Assembly (NCBI GenBank): GCA_951406725.2
Contig: OX597820.1
Location: forward strand, 110,422,001-110,486,000
Direction: 5' to 3'
Source of the DNA: Octopus vulgaris
Lineage: Eukaryota
Length of the DNA: 64,000 nt
The notes beneath the pieces are model-generated. The model searched no databases. It was given only the letters and a program-made list of their open reading frames with translations, and was not told the DNA's origin. Numbering within the stretch: the first letter of the stretch is position 1; each line of letters begins with the position of its first letter. Below are positions 11,736 through 24,904 of the stretch, piece after piece. Both the position numbers and the translations under genes were made by a program.

Positions 11736-12599
11736 ATTTTCGATCTTCTAATCAGTATCAAATTTTGATATGTATATATAAAATGGGAGGCAAGGTTCGC
11801 GATATTGGATGAATATCGCCTTCTCCCATTAAAATTGTTCTTTGTGTTGTGTCAGGCTCCAGCAGGTGAGGAAAGCAGTCTTAAGTAAAAATGCAATTAA
11901 CAACCAGTTTATTTACAAGTTACACAGAATAGATGAAGGGTGTTGCTCTCAGTATTCCATCTCAAGCTGTGTGCATCTCGTTGTATCTCCATTAATGCAG
12001 GTCCATTGCCTCTGGAGATATGACATGCAGACAGGACTAGCCTGGAGACCCAGTCAGCGATGAGTGTTCAGCAAGCACTTGCAGTGAAGAAGAGATAGAA
12101 TCTGTTTTGTTGGGCCCTTATATCCAGTTTGCCATCACGAGCCTTGTGCATGGCAAATGGATGCAGGTGAGGTCTCGCTCCAGTCTCAGAGATGGCAATG
12201 GCTGCCGCGAGGTCTCATCCAATATGGCACTGACTGCTTGTGCTGCTACAAGGGCTTCCCCCTGAGTACAGCAGTGTGAAAACAGAATAATTGGAGCAGG
12301 CACAAGAAAGAGCGAAGATGGTAACTGATCGCAACCAACAAGATATGGTACAAAAATGTGACAAGTCAAATAGAAAAATAAATATAAATTGGCATGCACA
12401 AAATTTGACAAAATGTTCAATGGCAGAGTATTGGAACTGTCCAGTAACACAAGAAAGTGGTTGTCTATCACAGGAAACACAAAAGAGATGGTCAGATATA
12501 ATTAGTTTTAGTGAGTTTTTTGGGCCAATGCAGAGTGCGGCCAGTCCTGGTGACATAGGGTTTGTTCATGTTAGGTAGTGGCAATGAAGGTGGAGGTGG

Positions 12600-13290
12600 A
12601 GGTGATGGTGTGGTCAAAGGTGCAGGTGGATGTGTAGGTGGTTATAAAGGATCAAAGGGGGGCGTGTTTGGGGTGTCATCGAAGAGTGTTGAAACCTCAA
12701 AATGTGCCCTTTTAAGTCTGTCAACTGACATGGTCTCTGCCCGACCATTGATGTCGAGACTAAAAGTTTTGGGTGTGCATGATAGCACATGAAATGGCCC
12801 TTTATAAGGAGAAATGAGAGGTCCTCTGACAAAATCATCCTGAAGAAAAACATGAGTCCATTTGTCAATGTCTGGTGGGACATAAGAGTGAATAGACTGG
12901 TCATGCGGATGCATGGATGGAAGACTTGAAAAATATGAGCAAAGTCTGATGACATACAACATTGGATCAGAAGGTGATGAGTTGTCTGGCACTAACATTG
13001 CCCCAGGGAGTGCCAGGGTGGTACTGTAAAGGAGTTCAGCAGAGGAGAAACCTAAGTCTGCTTTAACAGCAGTGCAACAACCAAGAAGAATTCTGTCCAA
13101 GACTGTGGATCAGGTGTGGTGTGTAGAGTGGCCTTCAGTTGCCTGTGAAAACGTTTGACCATCCCATTGGAGGCTGGGTGGTAGCTGGTCGTACAAATGT
13201 GATGAACGCCTAGGATTCGTGATAATTCACGAAATAGGGAAGCCTCAAACTGGTGTCCACGATCAGTGGTTATTTTTGCTGGAACACAGT
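12600..13290 (-). mobile_element. Ty3/Gypsy integrase fragment
   Basis: [35 protein letters not shown] plus the GPY/F module PYKGPFHVL. Confidence 0.85.
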
Positions 13291-13641
13291 CTAATTCCTT
13301 CTCCACTAACTCAACTACAATACTATAAGTTGTATCTTCAGAATTGAAAATACTTTAGGAAGATCTCTGTCTGAAATTTTCATGTTGAGCATAAATAAAT
13401 TTGCTTGATCCCAAACCAACAACTTAAGTCAAACTGTATAATACTACACTACCAAACTTCATTCATTGGATATAATTCAAGTTTAACTTGCAAAATGTTT
13501 GTAAAACTAGTTTCTTGTCATTTCTAAATTCTAATCAATAATAATGTACAAACAAATTCATTTGCTGGCTTTCTAAATAAATTACTTATAAGCAGGCTCT
13601 AGTGAATTCATACAGACTTTTACATCTTATCAACACAATTA

Positions 13642-15566
13642 CGAGGGGTATTCATTAAAGATTCCCCTGACCCACTTCCGGTTATTGCAGGAAATGGAAC
13701 TTGTACAGGTATAAACATACATGTCCCTACATGTCACATTGTAAATTGCAGTTTTCCACTAGTATTCGTTTGTCTTTTACGGCTGCTGAAGTGGACTAAG
13801 ATGTTATAATGGAGGCAATTGAAAGCGGATCAGTGATCAGGTTCTTATACTTGAAAGGCTGTACACCAAAGAGACTTTTGATGAGATGAAAGAAATTTAT
13901 GGTGACAATGCACCACCATACAATGTAGTCATGCACTGGCATCGCCAGTTCAAATGTGGTCAGATATTGGTGGAAATTGGTCCTATTCCTGGACAACCAC
14001 ATTCCACTACTGTTGACGACACTATCCATAAAGTGGAAGCTGCCATTTTGGAGGATCAACGCATAACTATTCAGCAACTAGCCCAAGAAGTGAAGATAAG
14101 TGTAGGATCCATGTGAAAAAATCATTCACAACCATTTACACATGTAGTAGTTGTTTGAAATATGGATTCTCTTGATGCTCGCACCTTTTCAGAAGCAGAA
14201 ATTGCTCTCAGGCACTTTTGGAAATGTTCCAAGAAAATGAAGAGGACTTTTTTGGCAGACTTATCATACAGGATGAAACAAGGGTCCATTACTATGATCC
14301 TGAGACTAAAGTTCAGTCGAAGTAATGGAAGCATGATAACTCACCATTTCCAAAGAAGGCTCATGTCCAACCCTCAGTGGGCAAGGTGATGCTCACAGTC
14401 TTTTGGGATCAGCGCAGAGTAGTGGTGATAGACTTTTTGGCAAAGGGCACACAATTAATGGGGCATATCATGCTTCTCTGCTGCAGAAATTGTGGGACAC
14501 CATCAAAGCAGAGAGGCATAGCATGCTGACCAAAGGAGTCTGCCTCCTCCAAGACAACATCCCAGTTCACAATGCGCATGTTACCCTGATGAAAGCACAC
14601 TCTTGCGGCTATGAAATCCTTTCTCATGCCCCTTACTCTCCCAACCTCACACCATCTGATTTCCACCTCTTTCCAACCGTGAATTCGTTTTTTAAGGGAA
14701 TGCACTTTTCAGATGATGATGAACTTATTTCCAAGGTAAAGTTTTGGCTCCAGATGCAAGACAATGTTGTAACAGTATTGTTATTTGTTGTTGTCGAGGG
14801 TTGCCAGTTGTAACAGTATGTGCAGTGATACATGTTGATTGTTGGCAGTTAGCAATTGTAACGGGTGTTGCTGTTGCAGATGTGCAAGATGAAAGAAGAA
14901 TAGTAATCAAAGTTGTAAACAAACATTTATTTACCGTTACTTTGTTATAGCCAAACATGATGGGCTGGTATGATAAATTTGTAACACATGCAAGGTAAAG
15001 AGAGATACTGTAGATTTTCTTTGTATAGGCATGTTTGTGTTATCATTGTGTAGTAGTAAACTACTGATAGAGATAGGGTAATGTGGTAGAGAACAGAAAG
15101 TGAGCTAATAAAATGGAGAGAGGTGGGATGAAACAACTGCTTCGTTGGTGAGTTACCATAGTTGTTCCTTCAGAGATGGCATTTTGTTTAGCTGGTCAGC
15201 CAAACTCAATTCTCACCAACTGACTTTGGCTTATAGAGTTATAGAGTTCTTGTATTTATAATTATCCAAACTAATTAGAAGGTGAGACATATTGTTGAGA
15301 ACAATAGATTTCATTGGGGGGTCGACCTGTTATCTTAATTCTAACTTTTCAGTACTGTTGAAATATTATGGGAAATTTGCCGATTCAGGTTCGAATCTAT
15401 GCCTAAATGAAGTCACTACAAGGTCTTCACAGTTGCATAAAGCGAGGGGAGAAGTGTCTCACCACTGGTGGTGGCTGTGTAGAAAAGGACTAATAATTAT
15501 GCCAAGTTTCAGTTAATTCAGTCCTTGGGAAGTGGGTCAGGGGAAATCTTTAATGAACCCCACTCG
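13642..15566 (+). mobile_element. Mariner (DD34D) transposon with terminal inverted repeats (TIRs) and TA TSD, degenerate, carrying an unrelated insert of about 450 bp (about 14761-15215)
   Basis: TIRs are ta|cgaggggtattcattaaagattcccctgacccacttcc and ggaagtgggtcaggggaaatctttaatgaaccccactcg|ta. Transposase motifs include VHYYDPETK, GKVMLTVFWD, LQDN.PVH and PYSPNLTPSDFHLF. Confidence 0.9.
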
Positions 15567-15659
15567 TATAACAATCTTAATCTCATTCAATTGTTAGTAA
15601 AGGTGCAACTGTGTAAGCTCAGAATTATACGAAGTTTAACATAGAAATATAGTATGACT

Positions 15660-16054
15660 AATGATTATTTGCATGCTTATTCTTAACTCATCTGGACAGG
15701 TTCAGATGCAAAATATGCTTGTTGCAGTAGTGTATGTCATAGAAGAATAACTTTTCTATTTTACAACAGTTAAGAATAAGTTTGTGAATAATTGTTGCAG
15801 ATGTTGCTGTGCACCAGGTAAATAACAATTTTTTATTGGTTGGCAGATATAAGCACCAATCAGCCAACAATTTGTTCCCTGTATGTATAAACAGAACCAA
15901 CAGCTTTGTTTCGGCCATGCACCAGGCAGCCACGTGCGTTCAACACACTGTTATTTTAAAAGAGAGAAGTTATTCTCCTATGACATACAGCAACCAGCAA
16001 ATTTTGCATCTGAACCTGTCTAAATGTGTTAAGAATAAAATGTGAATAATCATT
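15660..16054. mobile_element. MITE-like element with long (about 110 bp) imperfect TIRs
   Basis: aatgattatt..ttattcttaac..gacaggttcagatgcaaaat..tgtatgtcatag.agaataactt at the left end is mirrored at 15950-16054. Confidence 0.7.
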
Positions 16055-18249
16055 GGAGACCTCACTGCATCCAGTGCAAATAAGCTTTATAGTGTAACTG
16101 CTGATATTTATTTAAAAGGATTATAATCTCAAATCTTATATTATATTCTTATCTTGACAACTGACATAAAATTCATTATAAGTCAAAACCACTTAAAAAT
16201 TCATTTATTTAGAGGATTCCTGTATAAATTTTGCTTATAAAAACATAAGTCCGAATTATTTCAATAGCTTTTATTTTTCAAAATATTAATTTCACTGTGA
16301 AAATCCATGATATTACCCTTTTAGCCCACTGTGAAACCCACTTTCTTTCTCTCTCTCCTCTGAACCACCTCTATTGCCATTCCTCACCAACTCTTACTTT
16401 TATCTCATCATACAACCCTACTTTTATACACCTCTTATCACTCCTCCTCTGACTTCATGCCAGACAGTCATGTTCTTTTCATCATATTCTGGCTTTTTTC
16501 ACCTACCCATCCTCCCAGCATCACCCCACATATCCTGCCTTTTTCCCATGTACTCTGGTTGCTTCCACCCTCCTACCAATTCTAGTCCTTCTGATATAAT
16601 TGCTCTCTTTCTCTCTCTCCCCACAATTCCTCTCTTTGATCACATGAGAAAATGAACACATCCTAGATTATAGAGTACTCCTTAAACTTACATTAACATT
16701 ACATTCTCCCTCTCAGATACCCATTTCTGACCTCTCTGTTGCCTATTCCCAATCGTGTCCCATCTCACTCTATACATTTAGGTTACTAAGTACTAGATTT
16801 ACATTTGTCATTGTTACCTCCATTGTAGACTGTATTGCAGAAGTCTGTCAGAATGTCATTGAATTCTCCTGTTTTCCAGACTTCAGGAGAAATGGATGAG
16901 ACATTTATTAGTTCAGTCAAGCAGCCTTTTGGTTTTTGGTGTTTTGAAGGACTTCTTTCAATTCATCAATGGTGAAATCACCAGTTATGATATCAAGGGT
17001 GTGGTCAATAATTGATGATGCATCACTATTGAAAACTGGGATATGTTCTAAAGCAACTTTCAAAAACGATCCCTCCACTTTTCAAAGTGTTCTTGTGGAT
17101 CTTTTAGCTTTAATTTTTGATTACTGGACTTTTTGCATGTTTATTTTGTTTATTGTCTTCCAGGCTGGTGATGTCTGCTTGTTTGCTGTAACATGTTTAA
17201 TTTGATTTATTTTACTTTGGATGTAACTTTGTTATTGAGAGTGATATAGGCCTACTAGTTCTTTCTATAATATTCTAAAACTGGTTTTATTCGAGGGGCT
17301 TGGATGAGACATTTATTAGTTCATGGTTTTATGGATATGATTACTTCTGTGTGGGATATTACAAAATTACTCTATTTCAATACCTCAGCTGAAGAATACG
17401 AATCCCAGAAGATGCTCAGATAAGAAGTTTTGTCATTTCAACCTCATTCATCTACTCTTCTATTTCTGCACAGATCATAAACTCCTTATTAGTTCTTTTC
17501 ATTATTCTGTCTATTTCCGTACCATGTCATCATATAAATATAGTTTCAATAGTTTCATCTTCCTCGTTGTTGCCTTAAGATAACCTTAGTTCACACATTT
17601 CCTTAACCACAACATATTCATTCATTCATCTATTAAAGTTTATCACACAGTCACTTATTTCTCTAATTTTGTCTTAGATTGGTTCTCAGATTTTTCAATT
17701 CTATTTTACTATTATCAACATTTGCTGTCTTGTTAAATTATGCCACACGAATCCCAAAAGAATATTTTTCTCCCTCGTGTTCTGACCACTACCCCCTCTC
17801 TGTCTGTCTGTTTGTCTGTCTCTCTCTCTCACTCTCTCGGCCTCACTATGTCTGTGTGTGTGTGTCTCTCTCTCTTTCGATTACCACACCACCACCACCA
17901 CCACCCTATATAAACTAGTGCATGCACTCGGATTCCCCAACTTGATTTTTAATACCTCCACCAAAAGAATACGTATCCAGAAGATGCTCTTATCTAAATT
18001 TGCTAGTTCGCAGTACCCCCGCCCTCCCACTCCCTCCACCTGTACCAGAAGTCCCTATACTTTGTCATCCTTTGGTTGTCTCCCATGAACACTTCTAAAG
18101 GCTTTACGCCATCCGCACCTCTACTTAGGGTTTATCTACTAGGTAAGGTAGTGATCATATAGTGCAAAAATATGATAATGTAGTGTATGCAGGTTGAATT
18201 GAAGGCTATTGTTTGTTTATGAATTCTGCCAAATGCAAGCTTTCTTTTC

Positions 18250-21200
18250 AGGTACATGACGCTGCTGTCCCCTGTCCCAGAGTCTCAAGGGTCCATACCT
18301 CCCACACCCTCGGTGTTGGCACTCTCAACGTCAGCACACTGAAAGGTAGGTCTAGGTAGATTGTTGAGATGCTTGAATGGAGATGTATCGATATGTGCTG
18401 CATCCAAGTAGTAAGGTGGTGAGGAGGTTCCGCTAGGTTCCTCGCAGGCAAAGAACACAGGTACAAGATTTTCTGGGCAGGGAACACTGACAGGGTTGGG
18501 GGCGTGGGTATACTTCTTGTGGAGAAATGGGTGGATAAGGTAATCGAGGTAGTTATCTCGGCCTATGCCCCTCAGCCGGGGCTACCCAATGGACAGAAAG
18601 ACCGATTCTATGACACCCTCTTGCACACTACCTCGTTGATGAATGACAGGGATCTTCTCTTTGTGCCTGGTGACTTCAATGGACATGTTGGACAACATAC
18701 AGGGAGCTTCCATGGTGTACATGGAGGCTACAGTTTTGATTCCCACAATGAGGAGAGAACCAGGCTGCTGGAGTTCTGTGATGCAAATGATCTTATGGTT
18801 TGCAATACTAACTTCAGGAAACCTGCCAGTCACCTAGTCACCTACCGATCTGGCAAACACACAAGCTAAATTGACTACATCCTCGCCAGAAAAAGGGAAA
18901 GACAGCTGCTTATAAATGCCAAAACCTTCCCAGGTGAAGAATGTACCCCACAACATAGACTGGTAGATAGTGATTTCAGAATCAGGGCTAAGTGGATACC
19001 CAGAAGACGACCAGCATAGAGGAGAAGGGTCTGGAAGATCCTGCAAATGGATAGAGATTTAGAGACATATTACTCAAAGCCTTTGACGGAATAGAAGGGG
19101 ATATAGCTTCACACGATATAGAAGACAAACTGCTGAGGGCCACTGACCAGAGCTGTGGATGGTACAAAGTCCCCTCAAGACCCAAAATAACGTGGTGGTG
19201 TAACAATGTTGTCAACAGGGCTATTAGAGAAAAGAAACAGGCTTGGAAGGACTGGAAGAATGGTGGTAGCAGGGAATTGTATCAGACTGCCAGAAAGGAA
19301 GCTAGGAGACAGGTTTATTTAGTCAGATAAGGAAAAATTTACCAATGTTGTGCACCGTGAAAACCAAAGACTTGAGGTGTTTTGTGTTGCAAGACAGTGT
19401 GTGAGAGAGAATCGAGATGTTGTAAAAGAGAAATGTGTCTGCATGGATGATGGTTTACTTGCACTAAATGAGGCTGCAAAGAGAGAGAGTTCGAGACACC
19501 ACTATGAAAGGTTGCTAAATAAAGAAAATGAATGGGAGAAAGAGAGTTTGCCTAATGTCGACCCAACAGAGGGACCAGCTATCTGAGTTGACAGTACATT
19601 GGTAGATAAAGCAATTAAGAGTATGAAGACAGAGATGCTCAAAATATCTGGCAGTGTCAGCTATAGCCTAGTCACCTGTATAGTTAACCAGGTTATACAC
19701 AAAGGAGTCATACCCAACGACTGGTGTAGCAGCACTATAGTCAACTGCTACAAAGGTAAAGGTGACACTTTAGATACAAATAATTAGAGGTATCAAGTTG
19801 TTGGATCAGGTAATGAAGGTCACTGAGAGGGTCATAGCCCAACTAATTAGGGAGAGAGTCAGTTTAGATAAGATGCAGTTTGGGTTCGTGCCAGGGAAAA
19901 GCACCACTGATGTTATATATCTGGTAAGAGAGCTGCAGGAGAAATACCTTGCCAAAGATAAACCTTTGTACTTGGCTTTTGTTGACATGGAGAAAGCCTT
20001 TGACAGGGTCCCCCAATCCCTTATCTGGTGGACAATGACGAAACTTGGGATAGATGAATGGTTAGTGAGAGCTGTGCAAGCCATGTATAGGGACGCTGTC
20101 AGTAAGGTGAGAGTTAGCAACGAATACAGTGAAGAATTCTGGGTAGAGGTAGGGGTCCACCAAGGTTCAGTCCTCAGCCCCCTCCTATTTATCATAGACC
20201 TCCAGGCAATAACAGAGGAATTCAAGACAGGATGCCCCTGGGAGCTCCTCTATGCTGACGACCTTGCTCTAATTGCTGAGTCACTATCAGAACTAGAGGA
20301 AAAGCTTCAGGTGTGAAAACAAGGATTAGAATCGAAGGGTCTTAGAGCCAACCTAGTTGAAGCCAAAGTCCTAATAAGTAGGAAGGCAGGCAAACCACAA
20401 ATCCCTTCAGGTAGATGGTTCTGCTCAATCTGTAGAAAAGGCGTAGGTAGAAACTCTATAAGATGTAAGCTATGGACACATAAGAGGTGCAGCAATATCA
20501 AAGGAAGGCTATCTGGGAAGATAGTTTTTGTATGTGGCGCTCAGGAGCAATAAACACTGAAAATGTGCAGAGAACAACTTCCGCCACATTCCAGGGAGAA
20601 AAACTAGATAGCATCCATTACCTAGGTGACCAAGTCAGTAGCAGGGGTGGGTGCACTGAAAGTGTAGCTGCTAGAATAAGAATAGCCTTGGCAAAGTTCA
20701 GAGAGCTCTTACCTCTGCTGGTGACAAAGGGCCTCTCGCTCAGAGTAAAAGGTAGAATGCATGACACGTGTACGAACAGCCATGCTACATGACAGTGAAA
20801 CATGGGCCATGCTGAGGACATGCGTAAGCTCGCAAGGAATGAAGTCAGTATGATCCGATGGATGTGTAATGTCAGTGTGCATACTCGGCAGAGTGTAAGT
20901 ACTTTGAGAGAAAAGTTGGACCTAAGAAGCATCAGATGTGGTGTGCAAGATAGACAACTGTGCTGGTATGGTCATGTGATGAGAATGGATGAGGATAGCT
21001 GTGTGAAAAAGTGCCACACCCTAGCGGTTGAGGGAACTTGTGGAAGAGGTAGACCCAGGAAGACCTGGGATGAAGTGGTGAAGTACGACCTTTGAACATT
21101 AGGCCTCACCGAGGCAATGACTAGTGACTGGGACCTTTGAAAATATGCTGTGCTTGAGAAGACCCAGCAACCAGCCCACTTATGTGTACCTTTCCTTCAT

Positions 21201-21727
21201 TGGACACTAAACTCTGCTTGTGAAGACCTGTTGAGGCAAATGAAATCAAATCAAATTTAAGGACTGGAATCTGTGCTAGTGGAGTGCTAAGAGCACCATC
21301 TGAGCATGATTGTTGCCATAGCAGCTAACTGGCTTCCATGCCGGTGGCACGTAAAAAGCACCATTTGGGCATGATTGTTACCAGCATCGCCTCATTGGCA
21401 CTTGTGCCGGTGGCACGTTAAAAAACATTTGAGCGAGGTCATTGCCAGTGCCACTGGACTGGCTCCTCTGCAGGTGGCAAGTAAAAAACACCATTTGAGC
21501 GTGGTTGTTGCCAGTACTGCCTCACTGGCCCTCATGCCAGTGGCACATAAAAGCACCCACTACATTCTTGGAGTAGCTGGCATTAGGAAGGGCATCCAGC
21601 TGTAGAAACTCTGCCAGGTCAGATTGGAGCCTGGTGCAGCTATCTGGTTCGCCAGTCCTCAGTCAAATTGTCCAACCCATGCTAGCATGGAAAGCGAACG
21701 TTAAACAATGATGATGATGATGCTGAT
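18250..21727 (+). mobile_element. RTE-clade LINE, near-complete ORF2 plus 3' UTR and (GAT)n tail, degenerate
   Basis: APE endonuclease motifs (SAYAPQ, GDFNGHVG, IDYIL, QHRL) and RT motifs (QFGFVPG, AFVDMEKAFDRV, GVHQGSVLSPLLF, LYADD). C-terminal RGRPRKTW, a tandem 3' UTR motif and a gatgatgat tail follow. Confidence 0.92.
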
Positions 21728-21729
21728 GA

Positions 21730-22700
21730 TATTGTAATGCTGTATTGGAGGAGTTTTGTCCATTTTCATTTTGCTTTAGCTCAAATCTGTTTCTAACTGC
21801 AATGGTGTATTGATCACAGGTTCCTCTGTTACTGATAAAAACTAACCCATCATATGCAGGTCTAGAGGGTAATTTAGTTTTATTAGCTCTATGTGGCAAT
21901 TTTGTGGTCATTGCTAACTCCCTCAAAAGTATTGTAAGACTGTGTTTAAGGCACTATTCACCCATTTCTTGTTGATTAGCATGTTATCGAGTTGGGTATT
22001 CATGCCATTGGTATATTTGAATGTATATAGCTTGGAGAGTTTCTTTTGGAATTTGGCATTTACATATACTAATTGATTTTCAAGAATAAATTCAGTTAGA
22101 TAGTGATTATATTCATGGTTGTGTGGAATGTGTATTTATGACTTCAGATCTTTTGAGATGAGCATCCACATCACCTCTAATTATGAGAACAGTGCTTTGA
22201 TATTAGTTGCTCTAATGAGGAAAGAGAGCCTGATAAAATTGGAAGTTTCTTATCTGTTGTGTTTGCTAGTGAATAAGCAAGATATGAGTGATGTTTCTGT
22301 ATTTCCTTGGTAAGCGGCTATTACTATTTATGCATGACTTTTCATTATGCTGTTTAAAGATGAGGGCTGGTAGGTTTAGTAGCATACCCACACTGCCAAT
22401 GGTGGAATTGGTTGAATCTTTCCAAGCTAAGGCTGAGAAGTAAGTCCAGCTTCTATCAGTATTGTGCAATTTCAGCTCAACATCATCATGATAAAACCTG
22501 TGTTCTTGCACACAGATAACATCAATTTTGTACTTGATGGCTGAGACAACAAGTTCAGGGAATTGGTTCAAATTTCAGAGGGTGCATTTATTGAAGGAGG
22601 AGACAAATGTATTTTGCTTACATTTCAAAAATTTATGTACATTTGTCTTTGTAGCTGATTTTTTAAACTCTGAGGCAGATCAGAACTACAGCAGGATGTG
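21730..22700 (-). mobile_element. Old LINE endonuclease fragment (RTE/RTEX-like)
   Basis: ELV.SAIKYKIDVICVQEHR..SA.K...NSTIGSVGMLL, an APE N-terminus. Confidence 0.65.
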
Positions 22701-22815
22701 CTCCTAGCTTGACTACATGACAACTGATGTGGGATAACTTTATTAAGTTAATGCAAGTTATGGAATGTCTTTCAAGGTCCTATAGACAATTACAGTGTCA
22801 GTTATAATGATGGGT

Positions 22816-23081
22816 TTTCCAGACTAAGTTTCACAAAAGTGTAATTTGTTGTGAGGAGTGAAAAGAAATCTAAAAACGAAGTATTTTATGTCTTGCATTC
22901 CATTTCCAGACTAAGTTTCACAAAAGTGTAATTTGTTGTGAGGAGTGAAAAGAAATCTAAAAACGAAGTATTTTATGTCTTGCATTCCATTTCCAGACTA
23001 AGTTTCACAAAAGTGTAATTTGTTGTGAGGAGTGAAAAGAAATCTAAAAACGAAGTATTTTATGTCTTGCATTCCATTTCC
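22816..23081. repeat. Perfect tandem triplication of an 87-bp unit
   Basis: agactaagtttcac recurs at 22821, 22908 and 22995. The array is bounded by tttcc microhomology. Confidence 0.95.
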
Positions 23082-23913
23082 TATTTTAACAACAGTGGCA
23101 TTTCTTCTCTTTTTAGGGCTTCAGGATTTCAACATGAACTTGGCAGGGTGCTATGCCTTGCAAAAGGGCAAGCTGTGATTTTGTCTGGAATTGCTTATTG
23201 AGTAGTTGCAGCTTCTTTGTGTATCTACTGGCCATTCCCCTATCTGTAAACTGGGGACACCAAAAATAATAGATTAAACAAATATTTGAAATAGATATTT
23301 TCTGTTCAACTTTATATGCATATCTACAAATATTGACAGATAAAAATTTCAGTGTCACATCTTGTGATTGCCCTGGTTTTATGAAATAGACTTCTTGTTT
23401 TAAAATGATCAAAGTTAAAATTTTCTATCAAAGTTGCATGTTAATTTGAGTTTCAAACACCAACTTAATAATAACAAAATTATTTTACTACATTCTCCAT
23501 TATTTTCAAAATTAAGTAAAGCAAAGGTGATATATTTCAACAAAAATATGAGTAACAAAGAGTTAAAGAGAAAAGACTGTGTTTAAAGAAACATGCTAGA
23601 AGAACACTAAGTTGTGTTTGATAAGAAAAATTCTATTAAACCCATTACACCTGATTAATTCACTTCAAATTTTGTAGAGATGTTATAATTATTTGTCTCA
23701 TATTTAACATCTAATAACAAATATTTCAATTAGCAGGCAAAACTTCTTTATTGGACAAAGTGAGGTACAGACACAAAAATTACCTAAAAATGGAAGCTGT
23801 ATGAATTCAGAGAATTTTGAGATTCTTTAAATATTCACTTCATCTTTTGTGATTCTGCTTTTCTTCCTTTCTTTGTTTTGCACATTTCAATTTGCTTATT
23901 TACTAAATAACTT

Positions 23914-24161
23914 TATTCTATTGTGTCTGGGGAGAGTCATTTTCTTTTTGTGCCTTATTATGTAACACACCCACCGGTAAAATTTCCACGTTTTTCTTAT
24001 TTTTATTGTCGTAAAATTTTCGTTGCATCTTGCAACATTTTCAATAGTTTAACAAAAATTTTAGGACAATAAAAATAAGAAAAACGTGTAAATTTTACCG
24101 GTGAGTGTGTTACATAATAAGGCACAAAAAGAAAATTACTCTCCCCAGACACAATAGAATA
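23914..24161. mobile_element. Palindromic (foldback) MITE with arms of about 105 bp, TA-flanked
   Basis: tattctattgtgtctggggagagt..ttgtgccttattatgtaacac is the near-perfect reverse complement of gtgttacataataaggcacaa..actctccccagacacaatagaata. Confidence 0.88.
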
Positions 24162-24838
24162 TGCTTCAACACACGAACTCATATAAAGAATCTTGCAAAC
24201 CAAATCCAAAAACGAAATATAAATAACTTTAGGTTGCTTATTAATATATAAAGACTAATTTCAAATTCAGGGCCTATATTTTTAATGTAGAGGTTCAAAC
24301 CATTTAATGCTTTAGTGTAGACTTTGGTAGAATAAGACAGCCATTCCTGCAATCAATTTAAATGTCTCAAACAGTTACAAATAGTTAGCTCGACAGTGAC
24401 TGCATCTTTGATGTTATGCTTGTTGAAATGTTCAATTTTCAAGAAATACAAGTTTTCAGTTTCAAACCCAGCCTTTGGGCATTGTGAATAGATGATTGTG
24501 TATGAAAATAGGAACATGAAATATGAGGTTAACAGCCCTCATAAAACTTTGTCATTAAAAGTACTTTAAAGTATATATAAACTTATGCATTAAGAACTTA
24601 ATTTTCTATTTGTAACCTTAACATAAGACTTAATAACATTTATGTAATAACAACTTTTAATAAAAACACTTTTTAACAACTATCCAAATAATTTGATTTT
24701 GGCTAAAATTCTACTTTTTAGAGAAAAATAAATTGTTTAAATAAAACCAAAACAGAATAACGAAATATAGAAATTATTACCACAAGTGGCAGTCTTCAAT
24801 ATTTGAATTAATAAAATATCCATAGGAATAAAATATTC

Positions 24839-24844
24839 TTTATT
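24839..24844 (-). terminator. Candidate polyadenylation signal (AATAAA) of SYCP1
   Basis: tttatt on the plus strand about 60 nt past the stop codon. The AT-rich context makes a chance match plausible. Confidence 0.35.
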
Positions 24845-24904
24845 TTTAATTTGGTTCTGTTTTTCTTTTTGTTCTCTTAATAATCTGATTGTTAACTTGT
24901 GTCC

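Noticed and set aside
17385-17440. Further hammerhead candidates (CTGAAGA at 17388; GAAAC words at about 63240-63310 on the minus strand)
   Set aside because: I could not find both core boxes with consistent stems.
22816-23081. CRISPR-like array
   Set aside because: The units are identical and contiguous with no spacers, the context is eukaryotic, and there are no cas genes.
1-24000. Exons of another host gene
   Set aside because: No convincing splice-bounded non-TE coding segment was found by eye. Small exons could have been missed.
24400-24904. Poly(A) remnant or TSD proving retroposition of SYCP1
   Set aside because: None is recognisable, so the retrogene origin remains an inference from the lack of introns.
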